From assembly GCA_000175855.1 (NCBI GenBank), contig ACYB01000042.1:240368-272367 (forward strand): a stretch of DNA of 32,000 bases, written 5' to 3'. This DNA comes from Raphidiopsis brookii D9 (GTDB lineage Bacteria > Cyanobacteriota > Cyanobacteriia > Cyanobacteriales > Nostocaceae). The notes beneath the pieces are model-generated. The model was not told the DNA's origin. It made no database searches and was given only the letters and a program-made list of their open reading frames with translations. Shown here in pieces: positions 1 to 10,209 of the stretch; position 1 is the first letter of the stretch; every line of letters starts with the position of its first letter. The position numbers and the translations under genes were made by a program.

Positions 1-138
1 GGTCGCTCCCCATGGACAGAATACTCTACTAGGGATTTGAGTTTTGCTGCTTATGATGTTTATGCAGATAGGATGGAAATTAACGCTATTGATACAAATA
101 ATCGTGTTTTTGATCGAGCAGTAATTCAAAGTAATTAA
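1..138 (+). CDS. C-terminal fragment of a protein starting left of the window (GRSPWTEYSTRDLSFAAYDVYADRMEINAIDTNNRVFDRAVIQSN*)
   Basis: Frame 1 is open from base 1 to the TAA at 136-138 and gives a protein-like sequence. Family not identified with confidence. Confidence 0.6.
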   Translation, partial: GRSPWTEYSTRDLSFAAYDVYADRMEINAIDTNNRVFDRAVIQSN

Positions 139-998
139 GCAATTACTGATTGAAAAACAGTGCTGTTGTCCACCCTGTACATAAACTCCTTAGCCAGCGC
201 TATCATGGTTTCATGGACATCACCATATTTTTGTTTATAGGTTAACTGGTGGTCAAAATCCAATCCTTCAGCTATTTTCGATCTTTCTGGAATTTTGATC
301 GTAAAAGTGGGAGGTAATAGAGGATTAACAGTAATAAAATTCAAATTATGTGTTTGAGAGCTAGTACCATTATAGCGGGAGATTATGGTACCCATAGGAG
401 TGATGTGATGGTCATATTCTTTTTTAAATAGTCTGAGTTTTTCCAGGAGTAATTCCAGACCATGAATTGACATGCGACTGGGTACACAGGGGATTAAACA
501 AAAATCGCTAGCGTAGAAGGCACTTTTGATCACAGTGTTGATGCTAGGTGGACAATCAATGAGAACATAGTCATATTGTTCTTTTAAGGGTGTAAGAATG
601 TTATGTAAAATAGCTACAGCATTAGCTGGTAAGTACTCTTGAACATCAAATAGTCTGGGACTACTAGGAATTAAATGCAGACAGTTAAAAGAGTTTTTAT
701 TTCTGACATTAGAAACCTGGTCTTGAACAATGAACCTTGTACTATGGGGTTTTTCCAGGAAGTAATCGACATTTTTCAGTAAGAAAGGTAGAGTTAAACC
801 CTTTTGGTCATATTCCCACTCCCATACATCTTCCGACATCATAGCACTAGTGAGATTAGTTTGGGGATCCAAGTCAATCAGAAGCACCCGTTTGTCATAT
901 ATGGTGTCACCTGCTAAATATTCTGCTAAGGTCATTACTAGAGTGGTTTTACCCACTCCACCTTTGAGGTTACAGATACTAATTACTTTGGCAGTCAT
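135..998 (-). CDS. ParA/Soj-family P-loop ATPase
   Basis: 287 aa ORF with the deviant Walker A motif ISICNLKGGVGKTT, plus VLLIDLDPQTNLT and YDYVLIDCPPS motifs. No ParB partner in the window. Confidence 0.88.
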   Translation of the reverse strand: MTAKVISICNLKGGVGKTTLVMTLAEYLAGDTIYDKRVLLIDLDPQTNLTSAMMSEDVWEWEYDQKGLTLPFLLKNVDYFLEKPHSTRFIVQDQVSNVRNKNSFNCLHLIPSSPRLFDVQEYLPANAVAILHNILTPLKEQYDYVLIDCPPSINTVIKSAFYASDFCLIPCVPSRMSIHGLELLLEKLRLFKKEYDHHITPMGTIISRYNGTSSQTHNLNFITVNPLLPPTFTIKIPERSKIAEGLDFDHQLTYKQKYGDVHETMIALAKEFMYRVDNSTVFQSVIA

Positions 999-1045
999 AG
1001 TTTTTGGTAGATGGCTAGGTAGTCAATTATAGCGTTTCCTTACTT

Positions 1046-1885
1046 ATGGATAATCAGGAAAATAGTTGGCATGGAAAACTCGAGTTAGTCTATGCTCAAC
1101 GCCAAAACTCCACCCAATTAATGTTCAGTCACAATCAAGCACCCTTAAAAGTACAACGCCCTTTTTATCCAGAAGGTGAAAAAATATGTCACAGTGTGAT
1201 TCTGCATACCGCTGGAGGTGTGGTAGCAGGCGATCGCCTGAGTTCAAATATTCACTTACAATCGGAGACGGACGTACTAATAACCACAGCAGCTGCCAGT
1301 AAAATTTATCGGAGCAATGGATTGTATGCGAAACAAACAGTAAGCATCAAAATAGATAGAGGATCATGTTTAGAATACCTACCTCAAGAGACAATAGTAT
1401 TTAATGGTGGGAGATATAGACAAGACGTGCGGATAGAATTAGGAGAAGGGAGTAGTTTTATAGGGTGGGAAATCAGTAGATTGGGGAGAACAGCAAGAGG
1501 GGAAAAATTCCTGGAAGGGGAAATGCTATCCCACACAGAAATATGGCAAGGGGAAGTACCACTATGGATAGACAGACAACATATACCTGGTGGTGTAGAA
1601 GCATTTTACAACCCTCATAGTTTAAAAGGGAACCCGGTAATTGGCAGTTTTGTCTGTGTTGGTTTACCCATATCTGAGGAAAGGATAGAAAAGTCCCGTT
1701 CTGGGATTGCTAATGGGTGGGATGCTGGTGTGACCAGGTTAGAACAGGGAATATTGTGTAGATATCGTGGTAATTCCACATCCTGGGCAAAGAAATGGTT
1801 TACAAATGTTTGGCAGGATTTGCGACAATCTTTGTTAAACCGTGGTAATTGTATTCCTAGAGTCTGGCAAATTACCAGGAACTAA
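1046..1885 (+). CDS. ureD: Urease accessory protein UreD
   Basis: 279 aa, UreD-like motifs ([32 protein letters not shown]), immediately upstream of ureABC. Confidence 0.95.
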   Translation: MDNQENSWHGKLELVYAQRQNSTQLMFSHNQAPLKVQRPFYPEGEKICHSVILHTAGGVVAGDRLSSNIHLQSETDVLITTAAASKIYRSNGLYAKQTVSIKIDRGSCLEYLPQETIVFNGGRYRQDVRIELGEGSSFIGWEISRLGRTARGEKFLEGEMLSHTEIWQGEVPLWIDRQHIPGGVEAFYNPHSLKGNPVIGSFVCVGLPISEERIEKSRSGIANGWDAGVTRLEQGILCRYRGNSTSWAKKWFTNVWQDLRQSLLNRGNCIPRVWQITRN

Positions 1886-1898
1886 CCAGGAGGTAAAA

Positions 1899-2201
1899 AT
1901 GCAACTAACACCCCAGGAAAAAGACAAGTTATTAATATTCACAGCTGCTTTAGTAGCTGAAAGAAGAAAAAATCGAGGATTGAAGTTAAATTATCCCGAG
2001 TCCATAGCCCTAATTTCCGCTTCCATTCTTGAAGGAGCAAGGGATGGACAAACAGTAGCACAACTAATGAGTTATGGAACAACTCTACTAACCCAAGAGG
2101 ACGTAATGGAGGGTGTAGCAGAAATGATTCATGAAGTGCAAGTGGAAGCTACATTTCCCGATGGCACAAAATTAGTAACCGTTCACAATCCCATTCGATA
2201 G
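1899..2201 (+). CDS. ureA: Urease gamma subunit (100 aa). The ORF-track start at 1842 is too early.
   Basis: [37 protein letters not shown] is the canonical UreA N-terminus. The ATG at 1899 follows an AGGAGG Shine-Dalgarno sequence. Confidence 0.95.
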   Translation: MQLTPQEKDKLLIFTAALVAERRKNRGLKLNYPESIALISASILEGARDGQTVAQLMSYGTTLLTQEDVMEGVAEMIHEVQVEATFPDGTKLVTVHNPIR

Positions 2202-2211
2202 AGGAACCAGC

Positions 2212-2517
2212 ATGATTCCAGGAGAAATCATTACCTTACCAGGTGACATAGAACTAAACGCCAGTCGCAGCACCATCAACCTTATAGTGGCCAATACAGG
2301 AGATAGACCCATCCAAATTGGTTCACACTTTCACTTTTATGAAGTTAATAGCTCCCTGAAATTTGACAGGGAAAAAGCACGGGGAATGAGACTAGATATC
2401 CCAGCAGGAACAGCAGTCAGATTTGAACCTGGAGATGAGAAAGAAATTACCCTAGTTCCTTTAGTAGGGAGGAGAGAAATCTATGGGTTCAACGGTAAAA
2501 TTAACGGTAAGTTATAA
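2212..2517 (+). CDS. ureB: Urease beta subunit
   Basis: [16 protein letters not shown]...[21 protein letters not shown] is a canonical UreB sequence. Confidence 0.95.
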   Translation: MIPGEIITLPGDIELNASRSTINLIVANTGDRPIQIGSHFHFYEVNSSLKFDREKARGMRLDIPAGTAVRFEPGDEKEITLVPLVGRREIYGFNGKINGKL

Positions 2518-2582
2518 GAACAAGCGCATAAATAAAACAAAGAAAGTAACTAAGTCAGTCAAAAGAATAAATAGGAGAAATA

Positions 2583-4292
2583 ATGCCTTACAAAATGAAT
2601 CGCCGGGCTTATGCTGAAACATACGGGCCCACAGTAGGAGACAAAATTAGATTGGCAGACACTGAGTTATTTATAGAAGTAGAGAGGGACTTCACCACCT
2701 ATGGAGATGAGGTCAAATTTGGTGGAGGAAAAGTGATTCGGGATGGTATGGGACAATCCCCAATTGCCAATAGGGATGGTGCTGTAGATTTAGTTATTAC
2801 TAACGCCCTAATTTTGGATTGGTGGGGTGTGGTTAAAGCAGACGTTGGTATTAAAGATGGGAAAATTCATAAGATTGGTAAAGCTGGAAATCCCTACATT
2901 CAAGACAACATAGACATCATTATTGGACCTGGAACTGAAGCTCTAGCTGGGGAAGGTATGATTCTCACTGCTGGTGGAATAGACACCCACATACATTTTA
3001 TTTGTCCGCAACAGATTGAGGTAGCTATTGCTTCTGGGATTACCACCATGATTGGTGGAGGAACGGGACCTGCTACGGGTACAAATGCCACAACTTGTAC
3101 CCCGGGACCATGGAATATTTATCGAATGCTACAAGCAGCAGATGCTTTCCCTGTCAATTTAGGATTTTCTGGTAAGGGTAATACTAGTCAACCTCAAGGA
3201 CTAATAGAACAAATAGAAGCTGGAGTAATAGGCTTAAAACTCCATGAGGACTGGGGCACTACACCAGCAACAATTGACACCTGTTTAACCATTGCTGATG
3301 AATATGATATTCAGGTAGCTATTCACACTGATACCTTAAACGAAGCTGGTTTTGTTGAGGATACCATTGCAGCATTTAAACATCGCGCCATTCATACCTA
3401 CCACACAGAGGGAGCAGGGGGAGGTCACGCACCTGATATTATTAAAGTGTGTGGACAAGCCAATGTGTTACCATCATCCACCAATCCCACTCGTCCTTAT
3501 ACTCTCAATACACTAGATGAACATCTGGATATGCTAATGGTGTGTCATCATCTAGACCCTAGCATTTCTGAGGATGTGGCATTTGCCGAATCTCGTATTA
3601 GAAGAGAGACCATTGCAGCTGAAGATATCCTTCACGATTTAGGTGGATTTAGTATGATTTCTTCCGATTCTCAAGCTATGGGAAGGGTAGGAGAAGTAAT
3701 CATTAGAACCTGGCAAACTGCTCATAAAATGAAAGTACAGCGGGGTGAACTCTCCACCCCGGGAAAAGGAGCAGATAATTTTCGCGCCCAAAGATATATA
3801 GCAAAATACACTATTAATCCTGCTATTACTCATGGGATTGCTGATTATGTTGGTTCAGTGGAAGAGGGCAAAATGGCGGATCTATGTTTATGGAACCCAG
3901 CCTTTTTCGGTGTGAAACCAGAAATAGTAATTAAGGGGGGAATGATTGCCTGGGCCCAAATGGGTGATGCTAATGCCAGTATTCCCACACCTCAACCTGT
4001 TCACAGCCGCCCTATGTTTGGTAATTTTGCTGGTGCTCGTCACACAACATCACTAACCTTCATGTCTCAGATAGGTTTATTCAAAGAGATTCCCCAAATG
4101 TTAGGACTGAAGAAATCAGTAGTTGCTGTTGGCAAAACTAGAACAATTACCAAACAGGATATGAAACTGAATGATTGGTTACCGCGCATTGAAGTTGATC
4201 CAGAAACCTACGAAGTAAGAGCAAATGGAGAATTATTAACTTGTGAACCAGCTACAATTTTACCAATGGCACAAAGATATTTTTTGTTTTAA
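2583..4292 (+). CDS. ureC: Urease alpha subunit
   Basis: 569 aa with [15 protein letters not shown], a metal-binding [14 protein letters not shown] and MVCHHL motifs; full length. Confidence 0.97.
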   Translation: MPYKMNRRAYAETYGPTVGDKIRLADTELFIEVERDFTTYGDEVKFGGGKVIRDGMGQSPIANRDGAVDLVITNALILDWWGVVKADVGIKDGKIHKIGKAGNPYIQDNIDIIIGPGTEALAGEGMILTAGGIDTHIHFICPQQIEVAIASGITTMIGGGTGPATGTNATTCTPGPWNIYRMLQAADAFPVNLGFSGKGNTSQPQGLIEQIEAGVIGLKLHEDWGTTPATIDTCLTIADEYDIQVAIHTDTLNEAGFVEDTIAAFKHRAIHTYHTEGAGGGHAPDIIKVCGQANVLPSSTNPTRPYTLNTLDEHLDMLMVCHHLDPSISEDVAFAESRIRRETIAAEDILHDLGGFSMISSDSQAMGRVGEVIIRTWQTAHKMKVQRGELSTPGKGADNFRAQRYIAKYTINPAITHGIADYVGSVEEGKMADLCLWNPAFFGVKPEIVIKGGMIAWAQMGDANASIPTPQPVHSRPMFGNFAGARHTTSLTFMSQIGLFKEIPQMLGLKKSVVAVGKTRTITKQDMKLNDWLPRIEVDPETYEVRANGELLTCEPATILPMAQRYFLF

Positions 4293-4324
4293 ATTGAGAA
4301 GCTGTTAACCTAGAGGAAGATTAC

Positions 4325-5720
4325 ATGATTTCCATTGCTAGTATAGACCCAAATACCATAACCACCTATCTCCAAACACAAAGAGAATTCTTTGCCACAG
4401 GTAAAACTAAAGATGTTAATTTTCGCCTGGCACAACTGCAAAAATTGAGAACCCTGGTGACTGATAATAAAGAGTCTATTATCGCAGCTCTAAAGGGTGA
4501 TTTAAATAAACCGGAATTTGAAAGTTATGCCATGGAAATCGGAGCTATTAAAGAAATAGATTATGCCATCAAGCACATAAAAAAATGGACTAAACCGAAA
4601 AAGACCGGAGTTCCCCTGGAATTCTTTAACTATTCGGCTAAAATATTGCCTGAACCCTTAGGAATGGTTTTAATCATTTCTCCCTGGAATTATCCATTGC
4701 AGTTGGTTATTTCCCCCTTGGTGGGATCTATCGCTGCAGGTAATTGCACCATTATTAAACCTTCCGAACTAGCACCCCATACAGCCACATTGCTAACCCA
4801 ACTGATCAGTGAATATTTTCCCCCAGAATATATTAGGGTGGTAGAAGGTGGGGTGGAAACTAGCAAGCAGTTACTAGAACAAAAATTTGATCACATTTTC
4901 TTTACAGGTGGTACTGCTATTGGTAAGATAGTTATGACAGCAGCAGCTAAACATCTCACACCAGTCACCCTAGAATTAGGTGGCAAAAGTCCTTGTATTG
5001 TTGACAAAGAAATTAATCTAGATCACACCAGCAAACGTATTATTTGGGGCAAGTTTATTAATGCTGGTCAAACTTGTATTGCACCCGACTATTTGTTGGT
5101 AAACAAAAAAATTAAAATCAGCTTTAATCAATTCTCTCCAGCAAATTCTTCAAGAATTCTATGGAGATAACCCAGAACTGAGTCCAGATTTTGCCCGAAT
5201 TATCAATAAACATCATTTCCATAGACTAACCGAACTACTTAAAGGTGGTAGAGTCATTGTGGGAGGGGAAATCAACCCAGAACAGTTATATATAGCACCA
5301 ACACTAATAGATAATATTTCCCTAACTGATAAAATTATGGAAGAGGAAATATTTGGACCCATTTTACCCATAATTGAATATACAGATATTCAAGAAGCAA
5401 TAGAAATCATTAACTCCCAACCTAAACCCTTGGCCCTGTATCTGTTCTCTGAAAATAAAAAGCTGCAAGAACAGGTTTTGACTAACACTTCATCAGGTAC
5501 GGTATGTATCAATGACACGATTATTCAAGTAGCAGTTTCTTCCTTACCATTTGGTGGGGTTGGTGATAGTGGTATGGGTAGCTATCACGGCAAAGTAGGA
5601 TTTGACACTTTCTCTCACCATAAAAGTGTTCTGTATAATGGTTTCCGATTGGATCTAAACTGGCGTTATGCACCATATTTAGGTAAGATGTCCACCTTGA
5701 AAAAGATTATTGGAGCCTAG
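4325..5720 (+). CDS. Aldehyde dehydrogenase family protein, interrupted by a one-base indel near 5105-5117
   Basis: N-terminal ORF 4325-5170 contains SPWNYPLQL, FTGGTAIGK, VTLELGGKSPCIV and NAGQTCIAPDY. The C-terminal ORF 5259-5720 continues the same family. Removing one A around 5105-5117 joins them as ...LLVNKKIKSALINSLQQILQEFYGDNPELSPDFARI... Confidence 0.9.
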
Positions 5721-5770
5721 GTTTTTACAGTCCCCTCCAGAAAAAGCCAGTGCTTTTCCTGGAGATGTAT

Positions 5771-5941
5771 CTAGTTGGATTCTTCGTCTTCGTTGGTGGG
5801 ATAAACAAAAGTAGAACGTCCAGACAAAATTGATTTACCCAGAGAAAGAGCTTTTTTAGCCTCAACAGCAGCTTTATGTCTCCAAGTAGCTCGACGCTTG
5901 TCTCGTTTTGATTTAGAGGTTTTCTTCTTAGGAACGGCCAT
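5771..5941 (-). CDS. rpmF: 50S ribosomal protein L32 (56 aa), absent from the supplied ORF track
   Basis: Reverse-strand translation [56 protein letters not shown], a typical cyanobacterial L32. Confidence 0.95.
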   Translation of the reverse strand: MAVPKKKTSKSKRDKRRATWRHKAAVEAKKALSLGKSILSGRSTFVYPTNEDEESN

Positions 5942-6151
5942 AACAACCAATATGGTGATTTTTGAGAACCTCCCTATTTTAGTCCATCAACTGAGAATTT
6001 ATCATCAATTTTTCAATCTGTGTTGGATTTATCTGCCAAATTGGCTAATAAATAAGCAAGGTATGGTCTATAATGGCTAGCAATTGTAACTTGTTTATAC
6101 CACACTTCATGATATTCTCTTTCAAGCACCTAAAAACCGACCAAGGGTGGG

Positions 6152-7592
6152 ATGGCAAATTACTGGGCAATTACTATTGGCATCAATCAGTATGAGTTAT
6201 TTCAACCTTTAGGTTGGGCTCAAAACGATGCAGAAGCATTAAACGATTTATTAGTGACCGAATTGGGGTTCTCAGAGGAGAATTGTCTGTTAATGACAAA
6301 TTCTTCTCGACCAAGAGGAAAAAGGTCTTCTCACCCCAACCGAGAAAATATATTATATTTCTTGCACGAACTGGAGGCAAAATTTTGGCAACCGGGAGAT
6401 TATCTCTGGTTTTTCTTGAGTGGTTATGGTGTTAATTATAACAACAAAGACTATTTATTGCCCCAGGATGCCAATCCAGACAGGATCTGGGAAACTGCTA
6501 TACCAGTTGGGGAAATCATGCAAGGTTTCCAAACTGCTGGGCTAAATGTCTTACTGATATTTGATATTAATCGTGCTTTTGGAACACAAGCAGATGCTCC
6601 TGTAGGTCAGGAAATGCTCGATCTGGCCCAGGAATTAAATATGGCCATTATGATGTCTTGCAGTCCAGAACAATTCTCCCATGAAAGCAGTGAATTAGGC
6701 CATGGTTTTTTTACTGCAGCATTATTAGAAGCTTTATTTTCTGCCCAATGTCGTAGTTTAAAAGATTTAGACTCTTATTTAAGTTATCTCACTCCACAAC
6801 TATGTCAACATCATTGGCGACCTATTCAAAACCCTGTAATTGTTATCCCTGAGAGTTTCAATTCCATGTTCCCAGCTTCATATCTAGAAGAAGCGTATAA
6901 GCAAGATTCCCCTGAACAGTTAATTTTTCCCCAGGAAAGTTTCGCCCAGATTTTACCCTTAGCTCAGGAGATCCACTCCCAAAAGTCTCCTGATTTGAAT
7001 GTCTCCTTACCGGAAAATCAAATAATAGCAGAAAATAAAAATCAATCTGGGGGTCACGGGGGTAGTAGACTTATCCCTATTCCTCCCTTTGCTAGGGATT
7101 ATGCTCAACCTTCCACTCCACAATCAGCTCCCCTTTGGCAACAATTTATTTGGTGGGGGGTAGTACTATTGTTGGGGTGATTGTGATGGCAACAATAATT
7201 CTACAAAATCATGCCAGTTTCCGACTGCATAAATTGTCCACGTCCCATGATACCAGCAGCACATCAGAATTTTCCCAAAATTTAACTTCTCCTCTCTTGG
7301 ATAGGGCCAAATCCTTCATTCGACCAGACCAAGCATCTAGTTATGGTGATGCCATTAAAATGGCTAAAAAATACACCCGGGACAACCGGAGTTTGATCTG
7401 GCCCAAGCTGCTATTAATGACTGGAGCGACCAAATTTTACAACTTGCTAAAAACTATGCTGATCAGGGAGAACTTAGCCAAGCTATAGAAACTGCTAGTT
7501 TAGTACCCCCCCAAACTTCCGCTTTTGAGGATGCTCAAGATGCCATTCAAAAATGGCGTAGACAAAAGGATCGGGGGGATGGGAATTCCTAA
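6152..7592 (+). CDS. Caspase/peptidase-C14-fold protein with a predicted transmembrane segment and TPR-like C-terminal region; likely catalytically inactive; two one-base frame breaks
   Basis: Starts MANYWAITIGINQYELFQPLGWAQNDAEALNDLLVTELGF, a typical caspase-domain beginning. Frames connect if one G is added to the run at 7155-7160 and one A to the run at 7366-7371, giving ...STIVGVIVMATIIL...YGDAIKMAKKIHPGQPEFDLAQAAINDWSDQILQLAKNYADQGELSQAIETASLVPPQTSAFEDAQDAIQKWRRQKDRGDGNS*. Confidence 0.82.
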
Positions 7593-7954
7593 GCTTCACC
7601 ACATTCGTCTGCTAAATAACATAGCGCCCGAAATCTTAGATAGGCCAGCTGGTCATAAAAGGGATTGAGCTTACACAAGGGGGGGATGTGAAACAGGACT
7701 TTTCCCAGTAGTTTTACATCCCGCTCAAAAGGACACTGGGCGGGAATTAGTTTACACAGCATGTGGGCAAAGTCCCGATCCTGCACTTTGATATTATCTA
7801 ACCAGTTACGTACAGGCCGCAGCACATCCCATCCAGACTGGGAATGCTGTTCCTCCTTGACCACACTACCGGAATGGTGATTTGCTTCCATTTGGTGTGG
7901 CGATACCCAACTGGTCAAAAAAATCCTTTTGGTTGTATTCTCAAATACTTTCAT
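7589..7954 (-). CDS. Mo-dependent nitrogenase C-terminal-domain (Mo-nitro_C) family protein
   Basis: 121 aa with VKDRDFAHMLCKLIPAQCPFERDVKLLGK...IPPLCKLNPFYDQLAYLRFRALCYLADECGE, the signature of this cyanobacterial family. Confidence 0.82.
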   Translation of the reverse strand: MKVFENTTKRIFLTSWVSPHQMEANHHSGSVVKEEQHSQSGWDVLRPVRNWLDNIKVQDRDFAHMLCKLIPAQCPFERDVKLLGKVLFHIPPLCKLNPFYDQLAYLRFRALCYLADECGEA

Positions 7955-8155
7955 GTTTACTCCTCTTTTATTATGAGGGTTGTTTGTGACTGATGAATAT
8001 ACAAGTCGACAATTACTTCTACCGGAATAATAACTTGCTACCTCCCCAATTTTAGTTCACACCTGAACCTTTACATGGGTTTTATGACTAATGTCATAAA
8101 TCTTAACATATCTGGGGAAAGGTGGCAATTTGTTGATTTCCACCCCTCTCAGTTC

Positions 8156-9925
8156 CTATGAGGCCACAGCGGTAGAACGCGGCCTTCTTCTTCTACCATC
8201 AGAACCTTTAACTTCGGTTTCGGGTAATTGTTCGGGAACTTGTAGTAACAATGTTACAGAAGCCTGACATTGTAATTCCCTCCGCAGTGACCGACCTAAC
8301 TCTTTCTCTAGGGTGTCTTGCAGTCCACCCCAGTCCACATCACTACTACCTGGGGTGCAAAAATCAGACCAACGAACACTCAGAATCTCTTCAATCCGCT
8401 GCTGTACCCACTTCAATAGTAGCGATCGCTCGATGCTGGTGACTACACCTCGGAGGTAGATTTCTGGTTTAGCCAGCAGTTTACCATTCCAATCAATGGC
8501 TGCTGCTACTGTTGCTAGTCCTTCTGCTGCCATAGTTTGTCTTTCTTGTAGGACTTTGGCGCTTACCATTCCTGAACTAGTGGTATCTACCAGCTCGATA
8601 CCGGAGGGGACTTGAGCAGCAATGCGGATGGAGTTTTCTGCTAATTCTATCACATCTCCATTGCGGATGATTACCATATTTTCTGGGGAAATTCCCATAC
8701 TTTGGGCGGTTTCCGAGTGCTTAACCAGCATCCGGTGTTCCCCATGGACAGGTACAAAAAATTTAGGACGGGTTAGAGCTATCATCAGTTTTTGATCTTC
8801 CTGACAACCATGACCGGAAACGTGTACTCCTTTCTCTCTACCGTAGACTACTTTGGCTCCCTGGATCATTAGTTTGTCAATGGTGTTGACCACGGCAATG
8901 GTGTTACCAGGAATGGGGTTGGCAGAGAAAACTACTGTGTCTCCCTCTCGAATTTTGATGTGGGGGTGTTCTTTATTGGCAATACGGGTCATGGCGGCCA
9001 TGGTTTCCCCTTGGGAACCAGTGGTCAGAATCACTACGTTCTCATCTGGTAAGTTGCGAATGGTATGTAAGGGCTGAAATAGATTGTCTTCACACTTGAT
9101 GTAACCCAGATTACGGGCATGGGCAATGAAGTTCAACATTGAACGTCCTATAACTGTTACCACCCGATTATGTTCCTTGGCCAGCTGCAGTACTATGTTG
9201 ATCCTATGAACGCTGGAAGCAAATGTGGTGACAAATAGCCTTCCCCTCGCTTGAGAAAATACTCGATCCAGATTGGGATAAACCGCACGCTCTGAAGGAG
9301 TAAAACCTGGCACCTCCGCATTGGTTGAGTCGCTCAGGAGACACAATACTCCCTTTTCTCCATGTTCTGCTAGACGCTGTAAATCAAAGGTTTCTCCGTC
9401 TATGGGCGTGTGGTCAATTTTGAAATCCCCTGTGTGAATTACCACCCCTATTGGAGTATGAATAGCAACGGTAAAACTGTCCGCTATGGAATGGGTATTG
9501 CGAATATATTCCACAAAAAAGGACTTGCCAATGCGTACCACGTCACGAGGCATTACCTTTCTTAATTGGGTGCGATCGCTCACTCCTGCTTCTTCTAGTT
9601 TTCCTTCCAGTACAGCTAGTGCTAATCTGGGACCGTAAATAACCGGGATATCAAACTGTTTCAGGTGAAATGCTATGCCACCTATGTGGTCTTCGTGACC
9701 ATGGGTAACAATCATTCCCCGAATCTTATGCTTATTTTCCCTCAAGTATGTGGTGTCGGGTAATACTATATTCACACCGTGCATAGCTTCTGTAGGGAAA
9801 GCCAGTCCAGCATCCAGGAGAATAATTTCATCCTCGTACTCGAAAACACATGTGTTTTTCCCTATTTCGTGCAGTCCCCCCAAGGGAATAATTTTGAGGG
9901 CAGAATTAACTTCGTTTCTAGCCAT
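8156..9925 (-). CDS. rnj: Ribonuclease J
   Basis: 589 aa metallo-beta-lactamase/beta-CASP protein with LGGLHEIGKN, THGHEDHIGG, HTGDFKIDHTP, and FVPVHGEHRML motifs. Confidence 0.95.
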   Translation of the reverse strand: MARNEVNSALKIIPLGGLHEIGKNTCVFEYEDEIILLDAGLAFPTEAMHGVNIVLPDTTYLRENKHKIRGMIVTHGHEDHIGGIAFHLKQFDIPVIYGPRLALAVLEGKLEEAGVSDRTQLRKVMPRDVVRIGKSFFVEYIRNTHSIADSFTVAIHTPIGVVIHTGDFKIDHTPIDGETFDLQRLAEHGEKGVLCLLSDSTNAEVPGFTPSERAVYPNLDRVFSQARGRLFVTTFASSVHRINIVLQLAKEHNRVVTVIGRSMLNFIAHARNLGYIKCEDNLFQPLHTIRNLPDENVVILTTGSQGETMAAMTRIANKEHPHIKIREGDTVVFSANPIPGNTIAVVNTIDKLMIQGAKVVYGREKGVHVSGHGCQEDQKLMIALTRPKFFVPVHGEHRMLVKHSETAQSMGISPENMVIIRNGDVIELAENSIRIAAQVPSGIELVDTTSSGMVSAKVLQERQTMAAEGLATVAAAIDWNGKLLAKPEIYLRGVVTSIERSLLLKWVQQRIEEILSVRWSDFCTPGSSDVDWGGLQDTLEKELGRSLRRELQCQASVTLLLQVPEQLPETEVKGSDGRRRRPRSTAVAS

Positions 9926-10209
9926 TGTCTCCTAGATATTGTGTCAGTGATCCGTCAGTTGAAAGTTAGATTTATCGTATAAAATAGAACGCTTGTATAT
10001 CATCTCCCCCAATATGGTCAACCACCAAACCCTGGGGTAAAGATACTCCTGTGTATTTTGTCAAGGCACTTTGTTTATATACATTTTCACATTCTTGTTA
10101 AAGTTTTAACACTTGTTATTTAGAGATGAAACTTCTTCAATGCTACCTGTAGGTAATCTTTATCATTCTGCTTATAAAAGTACCAATGAAGATATTTTAA
10201 AATGGTGAT

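Noticed and set aside
2900-3833. Antisense ORFs 2900-3091 and 3639-3833 inside ureC
   Set aside because: Short, no recognisable domain, no plausible ribosome-binding context, and fully explained by the conserved ureC frame.
5725-5946. Minus-strand ORF of 73 aa listed in the track
   Set aside because: It overlaps rpmF in a different frame, and the L32 reading is unmistakable, so this ORF is spurious.
7135-7488. Separate 117-aa membrane protein
   Set aside because: Its first residues overlap the preceding caspase-like ORF and its end breaks at an A run. One-base corrections on both sides merge it into one gene.
8251-9982. Plus-strand ORFs within and just upstream of the RNase J gene
   Set aside because: They are antisense shadows of a long, highly conserved coding sequence.
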